44,300 nt of DNA, from NCBI RefSeq assembly GCF_001194135.2, contig NC_068982.1, positions 70,337,790-70,382,089 on the forward strand. The letters are read 5' to 3'. Below are positions 23,268 through 35,423 of this stretch, piece by piece. Made by a program: the position numbers and the translations under genes. The DNA is from Octopus bimaculoides. Its lineage: Eukaryota. How positions within the stretch are numbered: the stretch's first letter is position 1; each line of letters starts with the position of its first letter. The notes under the pieces were generated by a model, which worked only from the letters and a program-made list of their open reading frames with translations, had not been told where the DNA came from and searched no databases.

Positions 23268-24518
23268 CCCTTAAACAGCAGACATGAATTAATGCTTCAT
23301 TAGAGAACAGTGGACATTATCAATTGATATACATCTGTACAATGCAGGAATCTCAAATGAATTTATGTTCATGCTGGATGCAAAAGAAAGTGAATATTTT
23401 ACGGTACTTTTTGATAATGAGATTGTAAATTGTTGTGCAAAAGTGTAACAGTTATTATAGTTTTTATATTTAAAGTGAAAATAAGTATAAAAATTACCCT
23501 TAAGAAAAAGAGATATTTTTATCCCCACTTAAAAGTGGATGATGTATTAAAACATAGAACCTCTTGAGGACTCGATGTGCATATAAGCAATCATATTTAT
23601 ATCACTAGCAGAAGATAATCATCCACTACTGTCGCTGGAACTGCCAGATCAGATGATCTTGGCCTCCCTTGGCCTTGTCAATGGCAGATGTCCATGGTTA
23701 GACATAGCGGCAATTCCCCTGTCAGCAATATACAAGAAATCTCAGTGTCTATTCTGGTACTGGTGTTGCAAATAGCCATTGGGCTTATTAATAAATAATT
23801 AAAAGTAACAGAAGCAGTATTAATATCAACAGGTAACATTTATCCCCACTTAAAAGCAGATGTTGTGTTAGAACACTGCCATAGTTACCACGAGGGAGCC
23901 TCTCATATGGACTTGTGATGCATATAAGTACTCATGTTTATATCATAAGCAGGAGATAATTGTCTGTCACTGGAACTGCACGATCACATAATTTCTGCCT
24001 TCCTTAGCCTTGTCGATGGCAGACATCCATGGTGAGAGATAGCAATAATTTGTGATCTGGCAGTTCTGGTGGTGGTAGCAGATGATTATTTACCACTAGC
24101 GATATAAACACGGGCACTATCATGCTATTAGCTGTCAGAAGTGAAAGTGCTCACTGCCTGCTAGTGAAGTATCTGTCTGTCTGCCTGCTTGTTGCTGGCC
24201 TGTCGATTCTTTGGCTACTGACAGCTAATACCAGCAACAGGCAGGCAGACAGACAGATACTTCACTAGCAGTGAGCACTTTCACTTCTGACAGCTAATAG
24301 CATGACAGTGCCTAAACACGCGTGCTTATATGCACTACAAGTCCATATGAGAAGTTCTCTCATGGTAAATAACGCAGCACTCTGTAGACTAATACAACAT
24401 CCACTTTTAAGCTGAGATAAATATTACTTTTTGGTATTAATACTGCTTCTGTCGCTATAAGATATATTTTGCCCGTTTGGCATACACGTTCATGCAACCC
24501 TTTCCCACCGTTTAAGGG
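23268..24518. mobile_element. Putative piggyBac-type non-autonomous element with internal tandem and inverted duplications
   Basis: TTAA|cccttaaac at 23264-23276 and gtttaaggg|TTAA at 24510-24522. Internal direct repeat of about 320 bp (tttatccccacttaaaag near 23518 and 23839). Internal 86/82-bp inverted arms at 24113-24198 and 24231-24312. Confidence 0.6.
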
Positions 24519-25485
24519 TTAATACTCAGTTTAAACATGTTCCTCGAAGTTCCATACCCCACGAAGAAGGAAAAAGGTACTGAAGGAATGGGAGCAAAAA
24601 ATTTTAAACTAGAAAAGAAATATTAAAAAAATCAGAATCGTTATTTTTTTACATGGAAAAAAAACATAGGAATACAATGAGGTATGGGACTTCGAGGGAC
24701 ACTTGAAAAACTCCGCCACCATGTGCAGGAAAAACCTATGTAAGGAGAGGATTCCAGACGGCAACAGTTCTGAGAAGAAAATATTGAGATAAAAGTTCAA
24801 GAGCGAGATCTACGAGATTAAGGGACAATCAAGCGATAATGAGTATAGATGGGGTAAGAAACTTAAATTGGGTCACTATTATGTGTTCGTAAATATTTAA
24901 CATAGATCAAATTATGCATTTTCAGATATACAGCAACAGTTCTGTTAATATTTTGCCGCTAATGCTTTACCAATGAAAAGTATGCATAATTTTATAATAC
25001 TGGAATATTCGATCTAACCAAGGTTAGATCGAAGTTTAGACTTTTAATAATTATATCAATCAAGCAAGGCATTAGTTTAAATTTTTAAAATCATGACTTT
25101 CGCAAATGTCCTAAATGAATAGCATTCATATATATATATATATATATATACATACACACACATGGTTTTAGATATATAGATGAAGTTGACAGTCATCAGC
25201 CGTAAACCATAAAAGGCACATGTAAATACTATGACCTTCAGAACAAAAAAGAAGGAAAGAAAAAGGTAACACGTTTGGAAGTTAAAGACAGAATGAAGGT
25301 GAGCGAGCAAGTCCTAGACACTTCTCCCTAGGCCAACAATATTCATATATGTCATACATACCAGAGAATGTTAAAGGCAGGTTAATTGCCATTCCCTTTT
25401 TCTATTACATCATACCAAACATCAATATATTTTAATCAGGGATCACACGTTAAGGAACAAAAATGGGCCTTGGAATTATCTATAA

Positions 25486-25527
<42 letters not shown>

Positions 25528-26254
25528 GTGTGTGTGTGTGTGCACAGCTTTAAAATAGCTCTATTCTAATAATTTACCAAAAGATCATGGTAATATCTTA
25601 AGTTTAATTTTTGTAATATCAAGCACAAGACAATAACAAATAACAGGCTATTTATAATAGTAGCAATTCATATCAAGGAATATATATATATACACACTTC
25701 GTTTTGTATTTAGTTTGTAAGGTTCTTTATGTGAATTCGTGTGTTAAAACAAATTTTGTTGTTTTAGGAGAGTCATTACACACACACACAAACAACTTTA
25801 TAATTTTTACAAGTTAGTGTTTCCCAATGATGGCATCACCAAATAATATTACATAATTTATGACACTACAACTTGATTTCCTTTTCAGAAAGATATTCAT
25901 TTTAATTTTATCGTAGTTCGAAGCACTTTAGTCATGTAAATCCGAATATTTTGCGGTGCCCTTAAGCTTTTTTTTAAACAAAAACTCTACAGAGAAAGAA
26001 TGTATTATGCTATACTAAAGGTTGCTTCAGTTAAAGATAATATTAGTTATTTAATACATGTATACATAACCTGGACTAAGGCGTGAAATACGAAAAATCG
26101 TAGACAGCTTTAAAAATACATATTTAAGAGCAAAAATCGTCTATGTATCTATGTGTGTTGACCTTATTAATTAACATCGTGTCTTAGGCGAGTTCTAATT
26201 GCTACTTTAGAAAATACAAAGGTAGTTACGAATAAGGTTTATAACGGAATATAC

Positions 26255-26313
26255 CTTCTGCAATAATGGGTAGTCCTTTTAGATAAATGTGATATAAAAC
26301 GAGTTAAGGCCAT
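26255..26313 (-). CDS. MRPL12: MRPL12 exon 1, mitochondrial targeting peptide
   Basis: ATG at 26313; MALTRFISHLSKRTTHYCR+ag|GTatat. The peptide is Arg/Ser/Thr-rich with no acidic residues, like a presequence. Phase 2 joins exon 2 as AGA. Confidence 0.85.
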
Positions 26314-26684
26314 GATTAATTACAATTAGCCGGCCACAGATATATGTGTCCTCTACCACTGCCAGGAGCACATGTGTAATGTCGACCGGAACTGTTGGCA
26401 GAAACGACGAACTCGTTCATTCATTGGTGGAAACTTGTTATGATGTTTTCATGCTTACAAACACACGCATACGGAGAAACGTATATATACAAGCACATAC
26501 ATGTGTGTGTATCATCATCATCATCATCGTCATTTAACGTCTACTTTTCCATGCTCGCACGGGTCAGACGGAATTTTGTTGAGGCAGATTCCCTACAGCT
26601 GGCTGCCCTTCCTGTCACCGACCTTCACCTCTTTCCAAGAAAAGTAATATCCCCACCCTATCCTTAGACATATCATAAAAGGTT

Positions 26685-27327
26685 ACTCTTTCACTCTTTT
26701 ACTTGTTTCAGTCATTTGACTGCGGCCATGCTGGAGCACCGCCTTTAGTCGAGCAAATCGACCCCAGGACTTATTCTTTGTAAGCCTAGTACTTATTCTA
26801 TCGATCTCTTTTTGCCGAACCGCTAAGTTACGGGGACGTAAACACACCACAATCGGTTGTCAAGCGATGGTGGGGGGGGGNNNNNNNNNNNNNNNNNNNN
26901 NNNNNNNNNNNNNNNNNNNNNNNNNNNNNNNNNNNNNNNNNNNNNNNNNNNNNNNNNNNNNNNNNNNNNNNNNNNNNNNNNNNNNNNNNNNNNNNNNNNN
27001 NNNNNNNNNNNNNNNNNNNNNNNNNNNNNNNNNNNNNNNNNNNNNNNNNNNNNNNNNNNNNNNNNNNNNNNNNNNNNNNNNNNNNNNNNNNNNNNNNNNN
27101 NNNNNNNNNNNNNNNNNNNNNNNNNNNNNNNNNNNNNNNNNNNNNNNNNNNNNNNNNNNNNNNNNNNNNNNNNNNNNNNNNNNNNNNNNNNNNNNNNNNN
27201 NNNNNNNNNNNNNNNNNNNNNNNNNNNNNNNNNNNNNNNNNNNNNNNNNNNNNNNNNNNNNNNNNNNNNNNNNNNNNNNNNNNNNNNNNNNNNNNNNNNN
27301 NNNNNNNNNNNNNNNNNNNNNNNNNNN

Positions 27328-27400
<73 letters not shown>

Positions 27401-27545
27401 ACACATTACGATCAGCTTCTTTCAGTTTCTGTCTGCCAAATCTATTCACAATACTTTGGTTGGCCAAGGCCTATAGCAGAAGGCACTGTCGCAAGGTACT
27501 GTACAGCAAAACCAAACTCAAGACCACATGGTTGGGAAGCAAGCT
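26685..27545 (-). mobile_element. SINE family A sequence (young tail before the gap, older head after it) between MRPL12 and CEP120
   Basis: 26685-26880 is a reverse complement of the 2393 copy's 3' half. It may be two separate copies joined across the gap. Confidence 0.75.
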
Positions 27546-28536
27546 AATAATGATGGTACATATATAGTATCTTCTACTATGGCTCTGGGCCACCCAAAAC
27601 CTTGTGAGTGAATTTGGTAGACACAAACTTGAAAAAAGCCATCATTATGATGATGATGATCATCATTATCATCATCTTCATCACCATCATCATCTTTTAA
27701 TGTCTGTTTTCCATACTAGCCCAGATGGTTTGACAGGATCTGACTGGTATGAGGACAGCATTGTAGATCAGTATCTGTTTTGACATTGTTTCAACTGCTG
27801 GATGCACTTCCTGACACTAGCCACTTTACTGAGTGTTCTGGGTGCATTTTTTATGGCACCAGCACTAATAAGGTCACTTGCGAGACTAAAATCCCCTACA
27901 ACTGAGTGAGGCTACAGTAGAGAAGTTGACAGTTCTATGCTATGGGATGAATGAGAAGTTAATGTATGAAAGAGGACAGAACAGAATGGGTTTCTTGCTG
28001 TAGAGAAGCTGCTATATGTCTTCTCACATTATAGAAAAGTTGGTAGGAATAACTGGAGTAGAGCCAGAAAGAAAAAAAAAATAGTGGTGATGGGATGTCA
28101 AAGTGAACTCTCAAGGTAAGTAGAAGTGGGGACAGAACATGGACTGTGGGTGGGTAGAAGTTGTAAAAGTATATACAAGAGGGTGATAGAGGGTCAGAGT
28201 TGGGGAATGAGTGAGGCGATGAACATAATGAATGAAAAACAAAGGATAGGGATGATAAATATATGTTAGAGTTAGTAATTCCTTCATTAATTCTTCGGTA
28301 AGTTCGGTGAAATTTGTGCTTCGCTGAAGAGGTCAGAATAAAACCAAAACGTATCCAGAGTTGTTTTCCGTACTTCCAGAAATAATGTAAATAGTATGGA
28401 GCTAATTTTGCTTTTTTTTTTAATCCTCCCCTGCATTAACATTTCCAATTAGATATTTGCTGCTATCTACATGAAATCTGTTTACATTTACTTCACTATG
28501 ACAAATTCGTGTCGAGTAGTTGAAAACAACCCAGAA

Positions 28537-28580
28537 TACGCATGCGTAGTAAATCATCACCATTCTATAGCATGGCGGCT
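28537..28580. promoter_or_regulatory. CEP120-proximal promoter motifs: NRF1-like palindrome and YY1-like ATGGCGG
   Basis: Perfect palindrome TACGCATGCGTA at 28537-28548 and catggcggct at 28571-28580, 70-110 nt upstream of the CEP120 ATG, in a locally CpG-rich patch. Confidence 0.5.
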
Positions 28581-28649
28581 GTTTTCAAACAACATACTCT
28601 TTCATTTATGGCATAAGTTTTCGCTGGGTTGCTCTAAATCAACACAGAC

Positions 28650-28692
28650 ATGCCTGAAGAACGTTATTTGATTGTTGTTTCCATACTGGCAG
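28650..28692 (+). CDS. CEP120: CEP120 exon 1
   Basis: ATG at 28650; MPEERYLIVVSILA+g|GTaata. Resembles the CEP120 N-terminus (LLIVVSILEG). Phase 1 matches the next exon. Confidence 0.88.
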
Positions 28693-29752
28693 GTAATATC
28701 TTCATTGTAAATTACTACTTTTTCCTTCCTTAATGGTTTCTAACTCGGTTAAGTGGTTGAAAGTTTATTATTTTGGGGCTTGACCGGATCCATTTGTAGT
28801 TTTGTCATGTCTGGTCTCGTTCCGTGATTGTTATTTAGAATCGCTATAGCAATAGCATTATAAAACTATATAGATAGATATATGACTATATAATACTGAA
28901 GCCGGTTTTATAAATGAAAATATAACTACAATGTTAGTTAATTAAGAAATCAAGTAATTTAAACAACGACTAAACTCTCAATAAGTTCTTTTTATCAAAA
29001 TTTTGACATATCAGGAACTTGTTTTGGAAACGTGACCGTTCCTATGTTAAATTGTCATGAATGGACAAGTTGATTATATATATAGTTGTTCTATATTAAT
29101 AACCATGTTTTTTCCAGTTGTAATTTAGTTATGTTTTCATAGATACCAGCCCAATGTTAATTAATTTCTTGAAATTGATATAAAACGTCAATGTTGTAAT
29201 ATAAACAATTCAATGTTTATAATACAGAGTAGTGCTCGGATTGCTCACGTTCTTTGTAAAAGTAAATGAATTTTTACTGATATACTGAGAGATGTGTATT
29301 TATAGGGTTACTGTTTAAATTTTCCCAATTCTACTCTTATAAATTCACTATATAGATATGTTAGTGATTTAACCAGAAATATGGACACTTCGATTTCAAA
29401 AACAGCGAATTAAATAAACCACTAAATATAATTATATGTAGCAATTTGAGAAAATCGTTGCCTTTTCCTCTCATTATCGGAAGCATAAATATTTTAGTTA
29501 TTCAAACGCAATTTCTACATAGTTTGTAATAGGGTTCTGTTTGCGATTCTTCACTTGTCTCTATAATGCTCGTCCCAAGTTTCGCCTTTTACCTTACAGT
29601 TCTGCTAATATCTTTTTATATGAAAATAATACCATCTTAGGTATTATTTTTTATATAAAAGATATTTTCCGTTGTGTTCAATATATTAAGCTTTAGTTTT
29701 ACTCTTAAAAGCCCAACAAAATCGTATCAAAACAGTTCAATATCTTCTAAAT

Positions 29753-30002
29753 CAGTGGTCTTCAACCGGGGCCCATATGACCCTTGGGGGTTCATATAAG
29801 ATTTTACTGTTAGAATTTGTGCAATAAATTGGTTATACTTCTTCAAGACACAAAATATTTTAACAATTTTTAAAATACAATTTCTAATAATATTTAATTA
29901 TAAAAATGCAATTAGATTTTTTAAACATTGAATGGCTATAAGGGTCCACCTGAATAAAATAGGAATCGAAGGGGTCTATAGGCAAAAAATGGTTAACCAC
30001 TG
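29753..30002. mobile_element. hAT (Charlie-like) MITE with perfect 8-bp TSD
   Basis: Ends cagtggt...accactg. The identical 8-bp flank ttctaaat is at 29745-29752 and 30003-30010, resembling the nTCTAnAn Charlie-type target preference. Confidence 0.92.
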
Positions 30003-32117
30003 TTCTAAATTCTAACCACATATTACATTTTCACTCGTCATGAGTCATCCACTATATGTTTTTTAGCAACAAAATCGCCTCTCCTGTTTTTATCAATCAA
30101 TGTATTTGATCCTCGGCTTTGACTTAAATTTTTACTATCACCATATCAATGTATGTATGTATGTATGTATGGATGGATGCTTGCATGTTATTTCATATGC
30201 CAAAAGATAATATTTGTTATCAAAGGTAACATGGTTCATTGGTTTATACCCACTATGTTATCTTTGGAGAGTTTTTGAATACCTGTTCCCTGAAGTCCTA
30301 TATCTCATGAGAAAGGAAGAAAGCAGATTTCCTCCTTCATTTTCTCTAGTATTTTCTGTATTCCACAGAACAGAAATTACAACTGTGAAAAAAATTTTTA
30401 CCAAACATTTCAATGTTTTTTTTTTTACATTCCTGCCTCCACCTTCCATACCATTTTGTGTAAGCTATAAAATTTTGAGAGTTAGCTATTCCAAAACTCC
30501 ACCACTGTCTTTACTTACATTTTCAAGGCAAGCTCCGTCACATATATAACAAAACTATGATAGTTTATTTGAGAATATTACAATAAAGATTTAGAACAAT
30601 TCAGTGAAACAGAACAATTTACCAAAGTAAAAAGAAAATGGTGAAAGAAATCAATAAAGAAAAAACAAACAAACGGAATATAAATAAATAAACAAAATAA
30701 GTGGCATGCACACTCCTTTAGTTATACATCATACCAAGAGACACCAGTATTCTTTTCTAAAAAAAATTAGAGGCAAATACATGGCACTACCATGTTGTGG
30801 AGACTGAGGTACTGGAACAGCCAAGCTCTCTCTCTCCTGAGCTTCAGTGAGATGGGGGCACTATCAAACCCTTTCTTTGTAAGTGGTTTCCTTGAATGTC
30901 TTAAAAATCACAGGTTGTAAAATGTAATTTTACTAACTGATAACAGTATTTCATAACCAAACTTAACACTTTCACCCCTTGAATAGAAAAGTAGTTGGTC
31001 ATGTTTAGTATGTGGCTCAATTTGACAAAGTTTCCATTAGGTGTTTAGTGTATCAATTTTGTGCATTGATTACAAAGTATTGAAGTTCCTATGATTCCTT
31101 CTTTGTACAAAATGAGACCACTTCTCTACTGTATCCTGCTACTAGTTAATATTTATTTCTTCTTCATCATTATCATCATATGCCTACTATCTATCCTTGG
31201 GTTATCACAGTCCAAGTCATTTCCTATTTGGAGTTACTGCCCATCTTGCATGGATTAGATGACCACATTTTGTTCATACATTTCTGCCCTTCCTACCATC
31301 AATCACTACACAGAGTGCACTGTGTTTGTTCTTGTCATTGCCACAGAGAGTTTGTCATGATCTCCACAAGACTAAAGATTCATCTCTACCGTATGCTGTC
31401 TCTAATCATTTGCTAACCACTTTACAAAGCGTAGTGGGTTTAGTCTTATTGTAGCACCAAAGATGTTGTCATATTCTCAACAAGATTAAATGTTTGTCTC
31501 TACTCTATGCTAACCTACTCCCACCCTCTCTCCACATCTCCTAACTACTATACACTGTGTACTGGAATTCTTTTCATCCATATAAAACTGAATTTTTGGA
31601 TATGATATTTCATCTTATCAATCAATTTGATATTTCATCTTATCAATCTGAAAACTTCTGCAACAGTTTCTAATTAATTTATTTTCTTACATAAGCCAAT
31701 CTATGATATACTTAGTATTGTATCTTAATACTATAGTCACTACATAATGAGACCTCCATTTGTGAAATTTATTTCTTATTGTATTTTACAGAGTACAATA
31801 AAAAAAATTGATCTTATAAATTGAGTGCTTCAAGAAGCTTATATTACTAAAAACCTAACTTATTACCAATCTCTTATTAGGTCAGACTAAAAGGGTTTTT
31901 TGAATTTTGATTAACATTTTACTTCTTCCATATTAATTTATTATGTTATGTGGTTTGACACAAAGTTATCAGTTATTTAGAATAATATGTACAACAGACT
32001 TTTCATGTAGGGGTTGGTATTAGGAAAGGCATCCAACTACAGAAACCAAGTAAAAAATGAAACTCACAAGTACAAGGTGGTCTTCTATCCCACCTAGATA
32101 AGTGGTGCCCTTGAATA

Positions 32118-32389
32118 TCATCATCATCATCGTTTAACATCCGCTTTCCATGCTAGCATGGGTTGGACGATTTGACTGAGGACTGGTGAAACCAGATGGC
32201 TACACCAGGCTACAATCTGATTTGGCAGAGTTTCTACAGCTGGATGCCCTTCCTAACGCCAACCACTCAGAGAGTGTAGTGGGTGCTTTTACGTGTCACC
32301 CGCACGAAGGCCAGTCAGGCGGTACTGGCAACGGCCACACTCAAAATGGTGTATTTTATGTGCCACCCGCACAAGAGCCAGTCCAGGGG
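32118..32389 (-). mobile_element. RTE-type 3' end fragment with (CAT)n tail on the + strand
   Basis: Reverse complement of 5061-5355 and 16076-16315. Confidence 0.8.
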
Positions 32390-32785
32390 GATGAAACAAA
32401 ATACATACAGTAGTATTACGTTGCTTCTCTTTATATTTAATGTAACTGTGTAAATGTGACAAGATATTTGGATCTCAAATGGTTTTTTGTTTGAAGAACT
32501 ATCTGTGAAATTTATAGCTGGTTAACTCTGTTGAATGTAGGTAATTACCAGACTCAACTAAAACTGTGTTGATCCATCCAACCCAGGCCAGTAAGGAAAC
32601 AATGTAAAATGATGATGTTGATGATAATGATGATTTCTTATGTTTTCATACTCTTAAGGATTCTGCTATAAAGTTGAGACTATTGCATAGTTTTTATGTG
32701 GAATTAATAACTGGGGAAAAAAAAATTGTTTTTAAGATTATTTTTATTACAAGATTCTAATATTATATATCTTTTTTTCCATCAG

Positions 32786-33054
32786 GTCGGAATTTCCCCA
32801 AAAGGCCCCACCATAAATTGATAATAGATGCTAAATTTGATGGCGAACTTCTCTCGACTGATCCTGTTAATCATACTAACAAGCCAAACATAACACAAGA
32901 GTTGGCATGGCAATTAAGCAAAAAAGGGCTTCAGCAACATCGCTTACACCGCAGTTCCATGAAAATTCAGTGTTATGCTTATGATACCCAAAGTACAGTG
33001 AAGGAGATGATTGGCTATGTTCTGCTTGATTTTCGAGCTGCTACCATGAAGCAG
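32786..33054 (+). CDS. CEP120: CEP120 exon, C2A domain
   Basis: ccatcAG|gt...cag|GTttgt; (G)RNFPKRPHHKLIIDAKFDGELLSTDPVNHT...ELAWQLSKKGLQQHRLHRSSMKIQCYAYD...IGYVLLDFRAATMKQ, a recognisable CEP120 C2A sequence. Confidence 0.96.
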
Positions 33055-33134
33055 GTTTGTAAAAAGAATTAAATAAATGTAATTTTTTTGTCATATAGAA
33101 ATTTTATATCTGAAATTAAATGTTAGGTATAGGT

Positions 33135-33502
33135 GTGAACGTGTGGTTAGAAGTTTGCTTCCCAACCACATGACTCTAGGTTCATCCTACTGTGTAGTAC
33201 CATGGGCAAGTGTCTTCTACTGTAGCCTTGAGCCAATTAAAGTGCTGTGAGTGGATTTGGTAGATGGAAACTGAAAGAAGTCTGTCATATGTGTCGTTCT
33301 TTGTGTCTGTGTTTGTCTCCCACCACTGCTTGACAACTGGTGTTGGTGTGTTTACATCCCTATAACTTAGTGGTTTTGCTAAAGAGACTGATAGAATAAG
33401 TACCTGGCTTTAAAAATAAGTATTGGGGTTGATTAGTTTGACTAAAATTCTTCAGGGTACTGCCCTAGTATGACCATACTAAAATGACCGAAACAAGTAA
33501 AC
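33135..33502 (+). mobile_element. Diverged SINE family A copy
   Basis: Collinear similarity to 2393-2806. Confidence 0.7.
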
Positions 33503-33939
33503 AATAGAAATTAATTTTTTTAACACAATTTTTTTTTTTTTGCTTGTAAATCATTCTTCAAAATTCCATTTACCATAGAACAAATGCTCATTCTTTATTA
33601 TCACTATCTTCTCTTTTCTACAACGTGTTGTAAATATGTAAATTTTAATGCAACTTTTATGAGTTACTTTCCTTGTATCATAAGGAAATTTCTCTGTCTT
33701 TTAGATAATTTTATTTTAACCATTTAGCATTTAAACCAGCCATATCTGGCCCAAATATGCTACCTGTCTTATGTTCAAACAGGCCAGATCTAGCTTTTCA
33801 CACTTGCCTTACAATATTATTCTAAAAATAAACACTCACTTCATTGAAATTTCAAAGATTTTTGCAAGATTTTTCAATTAACTTAAAGTAAACTATGAAA
33901 CTTTTTTAAAAATACTCTTGGTGTTATTTTTTTTTTCAG

Positions 33940-34060
33940 GCATCAAAATGGTATCCTCTATTTCACTGCAAATATATGAAATCCAAACCTGAACTCCAAC
34001 TTGGTCTCTACCTTGATAATGATGTGGATGAAGGCAAAAAGCTTGAAGAGATGCAAACAA
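33940..34060 (+). CDS. CEP120: CEP120 exon, end of C2A
   Basis: tttttcAG|gca...a|GTattc; ASKWYPLFHCKYMKSKPELQLGLYLDNDVDEGKKLEEMQT. Phase 1 matches the next exon. Confidence 0.92.
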
Positions 34061-35295
34061 GTATTCTTGACATTCTCTTTTATTAATTTATTCATGAAAG
34101 GATGGGTGATGGTTAGTGGCTGAAGCAATGGAAAATAAATACTCACCACTAACTACACCTCTACCTGTGCTCACCATTCACTGCATTCACCTCTGTCCTC
34201 ATCTCTGTTCATCTGCTAATCTTCTCTTACACTCTTGTAAACTTACCTACCCACTTACTCTATCTGTCTTCTATTTATCTTATATTCACCTTCCTGTAAC
34301 TTCATGCTATGCCCTAACAAATCATCATCACCATCTCTCTTTGTATCTCTTCTACAACCAGACACCTCTTCCTAGCCCTCTATCAGACTTTAGTCTCTCA
34401 CCAACTGGTATAAAGCCATCGCCTTGATACTACAACTCTACTCAATTGTGAGGTCTTTCCTTGTGAGTTACTCAGTGATTTCACTTGTGCCAGTGTATTC
34501 TTTTAAGTGGTTAGCATGTGGGAAAACAATTAACTATATTTCCTTGTAGTGTAAATAATTATCTGGCTTTACCAGAAATTCATTTATGTGACTGAGGAAT
34601 TTAACAGAGCAAATTATATAGAATAACTTTACATTAAGGAGTGGAAATACAATTTCCTGTAATTTAGATTGCCAAGGCATCCAGCCACGAAAAACATGTC
34701 AAAGCAGACATTGGAGCTTGGCATAGTCCTTTGGCTCACCAGCACCTGCCAAACCATCCTACTGTTGCTAGCATGAAAAACAGATGTTTAGCAATGATGA
34801 TAATGATAATCAACCTAAGTGTTCTTAGTTATTTTAATTGCATCCCACAACAGCTAGTTGGTGAAGTTCCTTTTTCTTATACATTATCACTTGTAATGGA
34901 ATTTTCTATTTTGGAGAAAGAGAGAGCATAAGCACATGTGTATGTGATGTTGGCAGTAATATAAAGTATTATATCCTCATTTCACATCTGCTTTTGTTGG
35001 ATGTTGTTCATTTCCAGGTTGTCAGTCTTCTACCGAAAGCGTGTCTGACCATTGGGAAATAATACTACCTTACTATGGAAACAAATGAGGGCTGGTGACA
35101 GGAAGAGCATTTGGCCATAAAAAAATCTGCCTCAACTAATCCTGTCTGATCCATGCAAGCATGAAAAAGAGGACTTTAAAATGATGATGCCAATTGTGTA
35201 CATTTGAAAGAGTAAAAGACATGATCTGAAATATGCTTGTGACTACTTGTATTTATATTCATAATTAAATTATTGTATCATTTTGTTTATTACAG

Positions 35296-35423
35296 ATCTA
35301 ACAGCCAATCTACGTCCTATTTTAGATGAAACTGGTAGTTTCTATCAAATTGGCCCAGTTGATTGTTGTCAGGATATATTCATTCTAGCTGTCACCATTG
35401 TTTATGCATCTAACCTTGCATTG
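35296..35423 (+). CDS. CEP120: CEP120 exon, start of C2B
   Basis: ttacAG|at...ttg|GTaagc; (N)LTANLRPILDETGSFYQIGPVDCCQDIFILAVTIVYASNLAL. Confidence 0.93.

Noticed and set aside
26353-26424. MNERVRRFCQQFRSTLHMCSWQ as MRPL12 exon 1, which would need TG|A recoded by RNA editing
   Set aside because: A conventional in-phase exon 1 with a good presequence exists at 26313-26255, so no editing needs to be invoked.
26823-27567. Long ORFs in the track spanning N-runs (also 15656-16246, 35773-36592 and 41115-42668)
   Set aside because: They are open only because N codons and dinucleotide repeats contain no stops.
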